Sequence record: NC_008515.1
Origin: Escherichia phage RB32
DNA: 64,000 nucleotides
Direction: 5' to 3' (one strand)
Part shown: positions 8,121 to 19,725 of the stretch, in pieces
Layout of the letters: each line of letters opens with the position of its first letter
How positions within the stretch are numbered: the first letter of the stretch is position 1
Program-made: the position numbers and the translations under genes
The notes under the pieces: generated by a model
The model's input: only the letters and a program-made list of their open reading frames with translations
Told to the model about the DNA's origin: nothing
Database searches by the model: none

Positions 8121-8845
8121 TATAGTACCTTTAGTGTATTTTTAATTTTAGAAAAAAGTTCTTCAAGAGAACCATCGTTTGTAATTACTAAATCGCCATC
8201 ACGAATTGGCAATCCAGCTTCTGTAATATGTGTATCATTGGATTTTTGACCAGGACGAACTACATGAATTACTGTAGCACCCATCGCCCTAGCCGCATCC
8301 ATTTCATGATCTTGACGGGTATCAGGAACGATATAATAATCATAACCTGAGTTAAATTTATCAAGATAATCTAAAGCAAATAATTTTACCCAGTACATGC
8401 GGTCGAAGTTATTAACAATCAAATCCGTACCTAGGGCTTGCATCAGACGACGGACTGACCATTGATCTTCAATATTATTTATAACGTCAATAATCTTGTT
8501 AAATGCTACGGAATTAACTGATTCTTTTCCTTCGTCATCAAAAACAAACACACCTTTAATTGGGCTTTTACCATTAAGATAGCAAAATGCTTGTTCCATA
8601 ATCGTGATTACTTCTAATTTAGTCAGATTTAAATTAGTCTCACGATCATAGTCAATTCCTTCAAACTCTTTACGAGTTAAGCAAGGATAGTCAGTGTTTG
8701 CTGCAAATACTCCCCATGCATAAGCCAATGCATCCTTAATAGGACCAGCAAGTTGGTATTTAACTGCAGAATAATTGCTCATGATAAAATCAGCAGTAGT
8801 ATCTTTTCCACTACGCTTTACACCGCTTAAAAAGATTAGTTTCAT
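8120..8845 (-). CDS. 1: gp1 deoxynucleoside monophosphate kinase
   Basis: P-loop GVKRSGKDTT; start taken at internal ATG with GAGGAG SD, giving 241 aa as in T4 (ORF track has a 13-codon extension). Confidence 0.85.
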
Positions 8846-8894
8846 GTGTTTCTCCTCAAATTTAATTAAGATTATAACACACAAAACTGAAGCA

Positions 8895-9425
8895 TTAAAC
8901 TTCTGCTATAATTTTTCCATCTTTTTCTACTTGAAAATAGGTGTAAGGAATCGTTGCAGTACATACTAAAGCCGGGTCTGAATCTTCTGTGTAGCTAAAT
9001 TCTACTTCAGATAGGTCAGAAACCCAAGGCTTATAAAAATTTATTGACATCACTATTTCAGTTTTGCTATTATCTAAGATGTAAAGCGTAATGTACTCAG
9101 GACCTGTTTTTTGGGCAGTATTTTCACCTGTAAGATAGTTGCTAGTTCCTAGCATCCATTCATACATTCCTATCCACGACTTAAGTTCTTCATCAACTAT
9201 AAATCTCACAATGAGTGGATCATACTCAAATGTAACACCTGGACGTTGTGCTCGGCCCAGTCCAAACGGCCCAGTCACGGTATCAGTAACAGGTATTCTA
9301 ATTCCTGGAATAGGAACTGACTGAGCATTTAAAGTAAAAGCAGATGTAGTATTACTATGTGGTATTGATACTACAAAGTTAGTTGTATTTGCTTGGTTAA
9401 AAATTTGTTGCAGAGCTTGCGACAT
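8895..9425 (-). CDS. 3: gp3 tail completion/sheath stabiliser
   Basis: Start taken at internal ATG (MSQALQQ...) with GAGGA SD, giving 176 aa as in T4. Confidence 0.8.
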   Translation of the reverse strand: MSQALQQIFNQANTTNFVVSIPHSNTTSAFTLNAQSVPIPGIRIPVTDTVTGPFGLGRAQRPGVTFEYDPLIVRFIVDEELKSWIGMYEWMLGTSNYLTGENTAQKTGPEYITLYILDNSKTEIVMSINFYKPWVSDLSEVEFSYTEDSDPALVCTATIPYTYFQVEKDGKIIAEV

Positions 9426-9531
9426 ATATTCCTCATAATGCTTTATAACTGTTGGTGGTATAATGGGTCTAAGTCCCTTCCATTCAATTCCATTTAGAAC
9501 AAACAATAGAAAAGAATGGAAGATAATAGAA

Positions 9532-10191
9532 TTAATTTATTAGACTTCTTAAACGAGCAGAAGTCATAAATGGAAATTTTTCTAAAGTTGGCTTTCGCCA
9601 ATATCTTGGATGACAAGTTGATTTAAAATCAAGAACAATTTTCTTTGCTTCATCAATAGTGTTAACTCCAAAGTTATCTAACATTATTTTCTTTTCTTTT
9701 TCCCACCGTTTATTAGCTAAAGCAGATTGAAGCTTTTTGTTTTTAAATGTGTCATTTTTTCTAGAATGAGTTGTTCCTTGTGTCGGACTCCATCCTCTTC
9801 CTAAAATAAATCCCTCAGGAATTATATCTCCATCATGCAATTTTATACATCTTTTACCATTATTATAATATTTTCGTCCAGTTTGTGTATTTGAAATATT
9901 ATTTGCATGTTTTCTTTTTAACCAACCATAAACTTTATTATTTCTCCTAACATATTTAGTTGAAACCGTCATTTTTATGGCTGCATAAGATAATTTTAAA
10001 GAATTTGGGTGTATTTTTACTAATAGCTGATGTGCAACATAATGCTCTTCTGGAGTTAAATCAACCAAGTTAGAAGCATCATTACTACCGCCTAAACATT
10101 TCGGAATAATATGATGTCTTTCTTTATATCCAGTAAGGGCTCTATTGCGAGCCCTATCAATTAGTGAATTATAAATTTTTTCATAATTCAT
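9532..10191 (-). CDS. Freestanding HNH homing endonuclease, about 219 aa
   Basis: HNH/His-Me motif [29 protein letters not shown]; ATG overlaps the gene 2 stop (ATGA); T4 has no gene between 2 and 3 as I recall. Confidence 0.8.
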   Translation of the reverse strand: MNYEKIYNSLIDRARNRALTGYKERHHIIPKCLGGSNDASNLVDLTPEEHYVAHQLLVKIHPNSLKLSYAAIKMTVSTKYVRRNNKVYGWLKRKHANNISNTQTGRKYYNNGKRCIKLHDGDIIPEGFILGRGWSPTQGTTHSRKNDTFKNKKLQSALANKRWEKEKKIMLDNFGVNTIDEAKKIVLDFKSTCHPRYWRKPTLEKFPFMTSARLRSLIN

Positions 10192-11015
10192 CGTACATTG
10201 CTCCAAACTTTGTTTGCAGAGAAACGTTTTCCTTTGGAGTAGAAGCTTTGGAGTGGCATTAACACAACGTTCGCCCAGTCTTTCGGGGCGATTTCAACAA
10301 GGCTACCCATAATATTACCAGGTATATATGCCTTAATCATTTGGTCTGCACCCCTAAATCCTTTCACTTGACTCCAATCAATTTTTAATTTCGTTTTATT
10401 AGTAATAGTAGGTGTATTTGCATATTGCTTTAAAAGCTCTTCTAGAAACTGTTGACGAGCTTTAGGTGGAATATAGTGCAAGTTTAATCCATACATTAAA
10501 TTATGCTTACCTAAACCAAGGTAAATTATTAAAGGAAATTTATCCCAGTAAGGAAGAGTTTCCTTGTGTTTAGCATCATAAGCAAAAGCATATATTCGTC
10601 CCGGCTGCGGGCGAACAACTTTATGTCCTTTTACTTGCTTAATAGTTTCAGCAAACCATTTTCTGGTTTTATTATTAATTGCTGCACCTTCATTACGAAT
10701 TTTATCGCGCAATGTTTGTCTGAATGAATTTATCATAAGCAGTTGTCTTTCTTGCTTATTGAGCTTATTCATTGGTTTTGATTCAAGCTTTTGAATCTTT
10801 TCAGCCGTTTTAATTCCCGAAGCATATTTTGACATTGCCGAAGTAAACGTAGAGTATTTGATTCCTCTTTCTTCAGCAAATTGCTTTCCTGTCATTCCTT
10901 TTGCTTTGGCCTTTTTATATTCAAGACCTATCTGAATCCATTTCTTTTCGTTTAATGATTGCTTAACCTTTGGAACTTGGGGTGTGCTTTCATTAATTAT
11001 TTGAAAAATAGCCAT
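10188..11015 (-). CDS. 2: gp2 DNA end-protector protein
   Basis: 275-aa ORF at the conserved position between 4 and 3; basic protein. Confidence 0.85.
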   Translation of the reverse strand: MAIFQIINESTPQVPKVKQSLNEKKWIQIGLEYKKAKAKGMTGKQFAEERGIKYSTFTSAMSKYASGIKTAEKIQKLESKPMNKLNKQERQLLMINSFRQTLRDKIRNEGAAINNKTRKWFAETIKQVKGHKVVRPQPGRIYAFAYDAKHKETLPYWDKFPLIIYLGLGKHNLMYGLNLHYIPPKARQQFLEELLKQYANTPTITNKTKLKIDWSQVKGFRGADQMIKAYIPGNIMGSLVEIAPKDWANVVLMPLQSFYSKGKRFSANKVWSNVR

Positions 11016-11467
11016 TATGCCCCCTTAAAGCCAAGAGCTCGTAATCCATCTTCTGTTAGAATTCTAAATTTTATTCCACGCTTTTCAGCTAAAGCTTGCG
11101 CTGCTTTCCATTTGTCAGTATTAACAGAATATGTATAAATTTCATTCATAAATCTTTTCTTCGCTGCGGTTGTTAGATGTGCTGGTTTAACTGGTGGTTG
11201 TGTTTCTTTTTTAGGCTTTATTTCAATAAAAAATTCTTGTCCAGAAGAATCTTTCATCCAAATATCCATGAAGTATCTACGTTTTTTCCCTTCTGCATTA
11301 CAAAAATAAGGAATTACTGCTGTTTCACTACCCCATGCAATAATTTCTGGATTTTTATCTAACCATTCAAAAAAGAATTTTTCCCAATTTGATCTATACG
11401 TAATTTTTTTAGGGTCACCTCTATATTTTGATATATTTTTAGGAACCCATTTTCCAGAATATGCCAT
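11015..11467 (-). CDS. 4: gp4 head completion protein
   Basis: 150 aa; sequence and position match T4 gp4. Confidence 0.85.
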   Translation of the reverse strand: MAYSGKWVPKNISKYRGDPKKITYRSNWEKFFFEWLDKNPEIIAWGSETAVIPYFCNAEGKKRRYFMDIWMKDSSGQEFFIEIKPKKETQPPVKPAHLTTAAKKRFMNEIYTYSVNTDKWKAAQALAEKRGIKFRILTEDGLRALGFKGA

Positions 11468-11478
11468 TGGATTCTCCT

Positions 11479-11501
11479 TATAAATAGATAATATATTTAT
11501 A
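11479..11501. promoter_or_regulatory. Divergent late promoters: TATAAATA on plus (11479-11486, gene 53) and on minus (11494-11501, gene 4)
   Basis: Exact T4 late-promoter octamers on both strands between divergent late genes. Confidence 0.55.
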
Positions 11502-11514
11502 AACAGGAGGGCCC

Positions 11515-12105
11515 ATGCTCTTTACATTTTTTGATCCGATTGAATATGCGGCCAAAACGGTGAATAAAAACGCGCCGACTATTCCTATGACAGATATTTT
11601 TAGAAACTATAAAGACTATTTTAAACGCGCTCTTGCGGGATACCGCTTACGTACTTATTATATTAAAGGTTCACCACGCCCGGAAGAATTAGCAAATACT
11701 ATATATGGAAATCCACAGTTGTATTGGGTTTTATTGATGTGTAATGATAATTATGATCCATATTATGGATGGATTACTTCGCAAGAAGCAGCTTATCAAG
11801 CATCTATACAAAAATACAAAAATGTAGGTGGAGACCAAATAGTATATCATGTGAACGAGAACGGTGAAAAATTTTATAATTTAATATCATACGATGATGA
11901 TCCATATGTTTGGTATGACAAAGGCGATAAAGCTAGAAAATATCCTCAATATGAAGGAGCACTTGCTGCTGTTGATACGTATGAAGCGGCTGTTCTTGAA
12001 AATGAAAAACTTCGTCAAATAAAAATAATAGCAAAATCAGACATCAATTCATTTATGAACGACCTTATACGTATAATGGAGAAATCTTATGGAAATGATA
12101 AGTAA
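11515..12105 (+). CDS. 53: gp53 baseplate wedge protein
   Basis: 196 aa; position immediately upstream of gene 5. Confidence 0.9.
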   Translation: MLFTFFDPIEYAAKTVNKNAPTIPMTDIFRNYKDYFKRALAGYRLRTYYIKGSPRPEELANTIYGNPQLYWVLLMCNDNYDPYYGWITSQEAAYQASIQKYKNVGGDQIVYHVNENGEKFYNLISYDDDPYVWYDKGDKARKYPQYEGALAAVDTYEAAVLENEKLRQIKIIAKSDINSFMNDLIRIMEKSYGNDK

Positions 12106-13816
12106 TAACCTTAATTGGTTTGTTGGTGTTGTTGAAGATAGAATGGACCCATTAAAATTAGGTCGTGTTCGTGTTCGTGTGGTTGGTCTGCATCCACCTC
12201 AAAGAGCACAAGGTGATGTAATGGGTATTCCAACTGAAAAATTACCATGGATGTCAGTTATTCAACCTATAACTTCTGCAGCAATGTCAGGAATTGGAGG
12301 TTCTGTTACAGGGCCAGTAGAAGGAACTAGAGTTTATGGTCATTTTTTAGACAAATGGAAAACTAACGGAATTGTCCTTGGCACGTATGGTGGAATAGTT
12401 CGCGAAAAACCGAATAGACTTGAAGGATTTTCTGACCCAACTGGGCAATATCCTAGACGTTTAGGAAATGATACTAACGTACTAAACCAAGGCGGAGAAG
12501 TAGGATATGATTCCTCTTCTAACATTATTCAAGATAGTAACTTAGACACTGCAATAAATCCCGATGATAGACCACTATCAGAGATTCCAACCGATGATAA
12601 TCCAAATATGTCAATGGCTGAAATGCTTCGCCGTGATGAAGGATTAAGATTAAAAGTTTATTGGGATACCGAAGGATATCCGACAATTGGTATTGGTCAT
12701 CTTATCATGAAGCAGCCAGTTCGTGATATGGCTCAAATTAATAAAGTTTTATCAAAACAAGTTGGTCGTGAAATTACAGGAAATCCAGGTTCTATTACAA
12801 TGGAAGAGGCGACGACTTTATTTGAGCGTGATTTGGCTGATATGCAACGTGACATTAAATCGCATTCTAAAGTAGGACCAGTCTGGCAAGCTGTCAACCG
12901 TTCTCGTCAAATGGCATTAGAAAATATGGCATTTCAGATGGGTGTTGGTGGTGTAGCTAAATTTAACACAATGTTAACTGCTATGTTAGCAGGAGATTGG
13001 GAAAAAGCGTATAAAGCCGGTCGTGATTCATTATGGTATCAACAAACAAAAGGCCGTGCATCCCGTGTTACCATGATTATTCTTACGGGAAATTTAGAAT
13101 CATATGGCGTTGAAGTGAAAACCCCAGCTAGGTCTCTATCAGCAATGGCTGCTACTGTAGCTAAATCTTCTGACCCTGCTGACCCTCCTATTCCAAATGA
13201 CTCGAGAATTTTATTCAAAGAACCAGTTTCTTCATATAAAGGTGAATATCCTTATGTGCATACAATGGAAACTGAAAGTGGACATATTCAGGAATTTGAT
13301 GATACCCCTGGGCAAGAACGATACAGATTAGTTCATCCAACTGGAACTTATGAAGAAGTATCACCGTCAGGAAGAAGAACAAGAAAAACTGTTGATAATT
13401 TGTATGATATAACCAACGCTGATGGTAATTTTTTGGTAGCCGGTGATAAAAAGACTAACGTCGGTGGATCAGAAATTTATTACAACATGGATAATCGTCT
13501 TCACCAGATAGATGGAAGCAATACAATATTTGTACGTGGCGACGAAACGAAAACTGTTGAAGGTAATGGAACTATCCTAGTTAAAGGTAATGTTACTATT
13601 GTAGTTGAAGGCAATGCTGACATTACAGTTAAAGGAGATGCTACCACTTTAGTTGAAGGAAATCAAACTAATACAGTAAATGGAAATCTTTCTTGGAAAG
13701 TTGCTGGGACAGTTGATTGGGACGTTGGTGGTGATTGGACAGAAAAAATGGCATCTATGAGTTCTATTTCATCTGGTCAATACACAATTGATGGATCGAG
13801 GATTGACATTGGCTAA
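12089..13816 (+). CDS. 5: gp5 baseplate hub / tail-associated lysozyme
   Basis: 575 aa; central T4-lysozyme-like domain (DEGLRLKVYWDTEGYPTIGIGH); C-terminal VxGxxxxx beta-helix repeats. Confidence 0.95.
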   Translation: MEMISNNLNWFVGVVEDRMDPLKLGRVRVRVVGLHPPQRAQGDVMGIPTEKLPWMSVIQPITSAAMSGIGGSVTGPVEGTRVYGHFLDKWKTNGIVLGTYGGIVREKPNRLEGFSDPTGQYPRRLGNDTNVLNQGGEVGYDSSSNIIQDSNLDTAINPDDRPLSEIPTDDNPNMSMAEMLRRDEGLRLKVYWDTEGYPTIGIGHLIMKQPVRDMAQINKVLSKQVGREITGNPGSITMEEATTLFERDLADMQRDIKSHSKVGPVWQAVNRSRQMALENMAFQMGVGGVAKFNTMLTAMLAGDWEKAYKAGRDSLWYQQTKGRASRVTMIILTGNLESYGVEVKTPARSLSAMAATVAKSSDPADPPIPNDSRILFKEPVSSYKGEYPYVHTMETESGHIQEFDDTPGQERYRLVHPTGTYEEVSPSGRRTRKTVDNLYDITNADGNFLVAGDKKTNVGGSEIYYNMDNRLHQIDGSNTIFVRGDETKTVEGNGTILVKGNVTIVVEGNADITVKGDATTLVEGNQTNTVNGNLSWKVAGTVDWDVGGDWTEKMASMSSISSGQYTIDGSRIDIG

Positions 13817-14345
13817 TATACTTCCAATGAGCGCTGATTTAGGAGAATCCATGGAAGGTTCTTCTATCGACGTCACCTTTACCGCTCAATTAGAAACGGG
13901 TGAAACGTTAGTATCTATAAATATAACTAGTTACGAAGAAACTCCTGGGGTTTTAGTAGAAGAAAATCGCTTATATGGAACATATGAATCTGTATTTGGT
14001 TTCGGAAATGACGCGTTGAAATATCGTTTAGGCGATGAATTTAAAACTGCTGCTTCATGGGAAGAACTTCCTACTGATTCTGATACTCAGTTGTATTTGT
14101 GGAAAGCTCCTCAAAATCTCCAGAAGACATTCACTTACGAAGTAACATTAATATATGACTACCAAGAACAAAGTGAATCTGGGGGTTCTGGCAGTAATTC
14201 TAGGTCATCTTCTGATACTACTGAACCGACGGATCCTCCTGCTCCAGTAAGAAAAACTCTCGTTAAAAATTATACTAAAACTATAGTTGGAAATTGGAGT
14301 CGTTGGGCTAATAAATTGAGAAGCTATGTGTATGAGAGGCCATAA
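13788..14345 (+). CDS. 5.1: gp5.1-like protein (start possibly internal)
   Basis: ORF between 5 and 5.4 as in T4. Confidence 0.7.
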
Positions 14346-14639
14346 ATGTCAGGATTAAGTTATGATAAGTGTGTTACTGCTGGCCATGAAGCGTGGCCTC
14401 CAACAGTTGTGAATGCTACACAAAGCAAAGTATTCACTGGAGGAATTGCTGTTCTAGTAGCAGGCGATCCAATTACAGAACATACAGAAATTAAAAAGCC
14501 ATATGAAACACATGGCGGAGTGACACAACCTAGAACTTCTAAGGTATATGTCACTGGAAAGAAAGCTGTTCAAATGGCTGATCCAATATCATGCGGTGAT
14601 ACTGTGGCTCAGGCATCATCTAAAGTATTCATTAAATAG
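14346..14639 (+). CDS. 5.4: gp5.4 PAAR-repeat spike tip protein
   Basis: 97 aa, position directly after 5.1; matches T4 gp5.4 size. Confidence 0.8.
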
Positions 14640-14647
14640 GATTTAAA

Positions 14648-16630
14648 ATGGCAAATACCCCTGTAAATTATCAATTAACAAGAACAGCAAATGCTATTCC
14701 CGAGATATTCGTCGGGGGTACATTTGCTGAAATAAAACAAAACCTCATTGAATGGCTTAATGGCCAAAATGAATTTTTGGATTATGATTTTGAAGGCTCA
14801 AGATTAAACGTTCTGTGTGACCTTTTGGCTTATAATACGCTGTACATTCAACAGTTTGGTAATGCTGCTGTGTATGAAAGCTTTATGCGTACTGCTAACT
14901 TACGAAGTTCAGTTGTTCAAGCTGCACAAGATAACGGATATTTACCTACTTCAAAATCCGCTGCACAGACCGAAATTATGTTAACGTGTACAGACGCATT
15001 GAATAGAAATTACATTACTATTCCTCGTGGTACTCGCTTTTTAGCATATGCAAAAGATACTTCTGTTAATCCATATAACTTCGTTTCTACCGAAGACGTT
15101 ATTGCTATTCGTGATAAAAATAACCAATATTTTCCACGTTTAAAACTTGCTCAAGGACGTATCGTAAGAACTGAAATCATTTATGATAAATTGACACCTA
15201 TTATCATTTATGATAAAAATATTGATAGAAACCAGGTTAAATTATACGTTGATGGAGCGGAATGGATTAACTGGACAAGAAAGTCAATGGTTCATGCTGG
15301 TTCTACATCAACAATTTACTACATGCGTGAAACTATTGATGGAAATACTGAATTTTATTTTGGTGAAGGTGAGATTTCCGTTAATGCGGCAGAAGGAGCA
15401 TTGACCGCTAATTATATTGGAGGTCTTAAACCTACCCAGAACTCTACAATTGTTATTGAGTACATCAGTACTAACGGTGCAGATGCGAACGGCGCAGTCG
15501 GATTTTCGTATGCAGATACATTAACAAATATAACTGTCATCAATATTAATGAAAATCCAAACGACGACCCAGATTTTGTCGGAGCAGATGGCGGCGGTGA
15601 TCCAGAAGATATTGAGCGTATTCGCGAATTAGGTACTATTAAACGCGAAACCCAGCAACGCTGCGTAACCGCAACTGATTATGATACATTTGTCTCAGAA
15701 AGATTTGGTTCTATTATTCAAGCTGTTCAGACTTTCACTGATTCTACTAAACCTGGGTATGCATTTATTGCTGCTAAACCTAAATCAGGATTGTATTTAA
15801 CTACTGTACAGCGTGAAGATATTAAAAATTATCTCAAAGATTATAATTTAGCGCCTATTACACCGTCAATTATTTCTCCTAATTATCTTTTTATTAAGAC
15901 TAATTTAAAAGTCACATATGCTTTAAATAAACTACAAGAATCCGAACAGTGGCTTGAAGGTCAAATAATTGATAAAATTGATCGTTATTATACCGAAGAT
16001 GTAGAAATTTTTAACTCATCTTTTGCCAAGTCTAAGATGTTAACTTACGTAGATGATGCAGATCATTCTATCATTGGTTCATCAGCGACTATTCAAATTG
16101 TTCGTGAAGTACAAAACTTCTATAAAACACCTGAAGCGGGTATTAAATATAATAATCAAATAAAAGACCGTTCTATGGAATCTAATACGTTTTCATTTAA
16201 TTCTGGACGAAAAGTTGTAAATCCTGATACTGGTTTAGAAGAAGATGTATTATATGACGTTCGTATAGTATCAACAGACCGAGATTCTAAAGGAATTGGC
16301 AAAGTTATTATTGGTCCATTTGCTTCTGGCGATGTTACAGAAAATGAAAACATTCAACCATATACAGGCAACGATTTTAACAAATTAGCAAATTCTGATG
16401 GACGTGACAAATACTATGTTATCGGTGAAATAAATTATCCAGCTGACATGATTTATTGGAATATCGCTAAAATTAATTTAACATCTGAAAAATTTGAAGT
16501 CCAGACTATTGAATTATATTCTGACCCGACCGATGATGTTATCTTTACTCGCGATGGTTCACTGATTGTATTTGAAAATGACTTACGTCCACAATACTTA
16601 ACTATCGATTTGGAGCCTATATCACAATGA
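14648..16630 (+). CDS. 6: gp6 baseplate wedge protein
   Basis: 660 aa, gene order. Confidence 0.9.
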   Translation: MANTPVNYQLTRTANAIPEIFVGGTFAEIKQNLIEWLNGQNEFLDYDFEGSRLNVLCDLLAYNTLYIQQFGNAAVYESFMRTANLRSSVVQAAQDNGYLPTSKSAAQTEIMLTCTDALNRNYITIPRGTRFLAYAKDTSVNPYNFVSTEDVIAIRDKNNQYFPRLKLAQGRIVRTEIIYDKLTPIIIYDKNIDRNQVKLYVDGAEWINWTRKSMVHAGSTSTIYYMRETIDGNTEFYFGEGEISVNAAEGALTANYIGGLKPTQNSTIVIEYISTNGADANGAVGFSYADTLTNITVININENPNDDPDFVGADGGGDPEDIERIRELGTIKRETQQRCVTATDYDTFVSERFGSIIQAVQTFTDSTKPGYAFIAAKPKSGLYLTTVQREDIKNYLKDYNLAPITPSIISPNYLFIKTNLKVTYALNKLQESEQWLEGQIIDKIDRYYTEDVEIFNSSFAKSKMLTYVDDADHSIIGSSATIQIVREVQNFYKTPEAGIKYNNQIKDRSMESNTFSFNSGRKVVNPDTGLEEDVLYDVRIVSTDRDSKGIGKVIIGPFASGDVTENENIQPYTGNDFNKLANSDGRDKYYVIGEINYPADMIYWNIAKINLTSEKFEVQTIELYSDPTDDVIFTRDGSLIVFENDLRPQYLTIDLEPISQ

Positions 16631-19600
16631 CAGTAAAAGCACCTTCAGTCACTAGTCTCAGAATTTCCAAGTTATCCGCTAATCAGGTGCAAGTACGCTG
16701 GGATGACGTTGGTGCTAATTTCTACTACTTTGTAGAAATCGCTGAGACAAAATCAAACTCGGGAGAAAATCTCCCGAGTAATCAATATCGTTGGATTAAT
16801 TTAGGATATACAGCAAATAATAGTTTCTTTTTTGATGATGCTGATCCATTGACATCATACATTATCAGAGTAGCTACAGCTGCGCAAGATTTTGAGCAGT
16901 CTGATTGGATTTATACAGAAGAGTTTGAAACTTTTGCTACAAATGCTTATACATTTCAAAACATGATTGAAATGCAATTAGCCAATAAATTCATTCAGGA
17001 AAAATTTACTCTTAATAATTCTGATTATGTTAATTTTAATAATGACACTATAATGGCTGCATTGATGAATGAATCATTTCAATTCAGCCCATCGTATGTT
17101 GATGTCTCATCAATCAGTAATTTTATTATTGGTGAAAACGAGTATCATGAAATACAAGGTTCTATTCAGCAAGTATGTAAGGATATTAACCGAGTTTATT
17201 TGATGGAATCAGAAGGAATTCTATATCTTTTTGAGCGCTATCAACCTGTAGTTAAAGTGTCCAATGATAAAGGACAAACCTGGAAAGCTGTAAAGCTCTT
17301 CAATGACCGTGTAGGATATCCTTTATCTAAGACTGTATATTACCAATCTGCAAACACAACATACGTTCTAGGATACGATAAGATTTTCTATGGCCGTAAA
17401 TCGACTGACGTTAGATGGTCAGCAGATGATGTCAGATTCAGTTCGCAGGATATAACATTTGCTAAATTAGGAGACCAACTTCATTTAGGATTCGATGTTG
17501 AAATCTTCGCTACTTATGCGACTTTACCAGCGAATGTATACCGCATTGCAGAAGCTATTACTTGCACCGATGATTACATCTATGTTGTCGCCAGAGACAA
17601 AGTTAGATACATAAAAACTAGTAATGCACCTATAGATTCTGATCCATTATCTCCAACATATTCGGAAAGACTTTTTGAACCTGATACAATGACTATAACT
17701 GGAAATCCTAAAGCAGTATGCTATAAAATGGATTCTATCGGTGATAAAGTTTTTGCTCTTATTATTGGTGAAGTTGAAACATTAAATGCCAATCCGAGAA
17801 CTTCAAAAATAATTGATTCTGCCGATAAAGGAATATATGTTTTAAATCATGCCACGAAAACATGGAAAAGAGTTTTTGGCAACACTGAAGAAGAAAGAAG
17901 ACGTATTCAACCTGGATATGCGAATATGTCAACTGACGGTAAATTAGTTTCTCTATCTTCGAGTAATTTTAAATTTTTAAGTGATAACATTGTTAATGAC
18001 CCTGAAACTGCAGCGAAATATCAGTTAATTGGTGCTGTTAAATATGAATTTCCTCGTGAATGGCTAGCTGATAAGCATTATCATATGATGGCATTTATAG
18101 CAGATGAAAAATCTGATTGGGAAACTTTTACGCCTCAGCCGATGAAATACTATGCAGAACCATTCTTTAACTGGTCTAAAAAATCTAACACACGCTGTTG
18201 GATAAACAACTCTGACAGAGCTGTAGTAGTTTATGCTGATTTAAAATACACCAAAGTTATAGAAAATATTCCGGAAACATCACCAGATAGATTAGTTCAT
18301 GAATACTGGGATGATGGTGATTGTACGATAGTAATGCCAAATGTTAAATTCACGGGATTTAAAAAATACGCGTCTGGGATGCTTTTTTATAAGTCTTCTG
18401 GTGAAATAATTTCTTACTATGATTTTAACTATCGAGTGAGAGACACAGTTGAAATAATTTGGAAGCCAACTGGAATATTTTTAAAAGCATTTTTACAAAA
18501 CCAAGAGCGTGAAACTCCTTGGTCCCCGGAAGAAGAGCATGGATTAGCTGATCCTGATTTAAGACCATTGATTGGCACAATGATGCCTGATTCTTATTTG
18601 CTACAGGATTCTAATTTTGAGGCATTCTGCGAAGCATATATTCAGTATCTTTCCGATGGATATGGAACTCAGTATAATAATTTACGAAATTTAATTCGTA
18701 ACCAATATCCGCGAGAAGAGCACGCGTGGGAATATTTGTGGTCAGAGATATATAAAAGAAACATTTATTTAAATGCTGATAAACGTGATGCTGTTGCAAG
18801 ATTTTTTGAATCACGTAGCTATGATTTTTATTCTACTAAAGGAATTGAAGCATCATACAAATTTCTTTTTAAAGTTCTTTATAATGAAGAAGTTGAAATT
18901 GAAATTGAATCTGGGGCTGGTACTGAATATGATATAATCGTTCAATCTGATTCTTTGACCGAAGACTTAGTAGGACAAACGATTTATACAGCCACAGGAA
19001 GATGTAATGTTACTTATATAGAAAGAAGTTATTCTAATGGTAAATTGCAATGGACCGTAACTATTCATAATCTTTTGGGAAGATTAATTGCCGGTCAAGA
19101 AGTTAAAGCAGAAAGACTCCCTAGTTTCGAAGGCGAAATTATTCGCGGGGTTAAAGGAAAGGATTTGCTTCAAAATAATATAGACTATATTAATAGAAGT
19201 AGATCATATTATGTAATGAAAATTAAATCCAATTTACCTTCTTCCCGCTGGAAATCTGACGTTATTCGTTTTATTCATCCAGTAGGATTTGGATTTATAG
19301 CAATTACCCTTTTAACGATGTTTATTAATGTTGGTTTAACTCTTAAACACACAGAGACTATAATTAATAAATACAAAAACTATAAATGGGATTCTGGATT
19401 GCCTACTGAATATGCTGATAGAGTAGCTAAATTGACTCCAACTGGTGAAATTGAGCATGATTCGGTAACAGGCGAAGCAATTTATGAGCCTGGCCCAATG
19501 GCTGGTGTAGAATATCCTCTTCCTGATGACTATAATGCTGAAAATAACAATTCAATATTTCAAGGTCAATTGCCGTCTGAACGACGTAAATTAATGAGTC

Positions 19601-19725
19601 CTTTATTTGATGCATCTGGAACAACATTTGCGCAATTTAGAGATTTAGTTAATAAACGTCTAAAAGACAATATAGGAAATCCAAGAGACCCTGAAAATCC
19701 AACACAGGTTAAAATAGATGAATGA
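16627..19725 (+). CDS. 7: gp7 baseplate wedge protein
   Basis: 1032 aa, gene order. Confidence 0.9.
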   Translation: MTVKAPSVTSLRISKLSANQVQVRWDDVGANFYYFVEIAETKSNSGENLPSNQYRWINLGYTANNSFFFDDADPLTSYIIRVATAAQDFEQSDWIYTEEFETFATNAYTFQNMIEMQLANKFIQEKFTLNNSDYVNFNNDTIMAALMNESFQFSPSYVDVSSISNFIIGENEYHEIQGSIQQVCKDINRVYLMESEGILYLFERYQPVVKVSNDKGQTWKAVKLFNDRVGYPLSKTVYYQSANTTYVLGYDKIFYGRKSTDVRWSADDVRFSSQDITFAKLGDQLHLGFDVEIFATYATLPANVYRIAEAITCTDDYIYVVARDKVRYIKTSNAPIDSDPLSPTYSERLFEPDTMTITGNPKAVCYKMDSIGDKVFALIIGEVETLNANPRTSKIIDSADKGIYVLNHATKTWKRVFGNTEEERRRIQPGYANMSTDGKLVSLSSSNFKFLSDNIVNDPETAAKYQLIGAVKYEFPREWLADKHYHMMAFIADEKSDWETFTPQPMKYYAEPFFNWSKKSNTRCWINNSDRAVVVYADLKYTKVIENIPETSPDRLVHEYWDDGDCTIVMPNVKFTGFKKYASGMLFYKSSGEIISYYDFNYRVRDTVEIIWKPTGIFLKAFLQNQERETPWSPEEEHGLADPDLRPLIGTMMPDSYLLQDSNFEAFCEAYIQYLSDGYGTQYNNLRNLIRNQYPREEHAWEYLWSEIYKRNIYLNADKRDAVARFFESRSYDFYSTKGIEASYKFLFKVLYNEEVEIEIESGAGTEYDIIVQSDSLTEDLVGQTIYTATGRCNVTYIERSYSNGKLQWTVTIHNLLGRLIAGQEVKAERLPSFEGEIIRGVKGKDLLQNNIDYINRSRSYYVMKIKSNLPSSRWKSDVIRFIHPVGFGFIAITLLTMFINVGLTLKHTETIINKYKNYKWDSGLPTEYADRVAKLTPTGEIEHDSVTGEAIYEPGPMAGVEYPLPDDYNAENNNSIFQGQLPSERRKLMSPLFDASGTTFAQFRDLVNKRLKDNIGNPRDPENPTQVKIDE

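Noticed and set aside
8846-8884. N-terminal extensions in ORF-track calls for genes 1, 3, 11, 20, uvsW.1 and the HNH gene
   Set aside because: The extensions begin at TTG or lack an SD, while an internal ATG with a good SD gives the T4 protein length; I used the internal starts.
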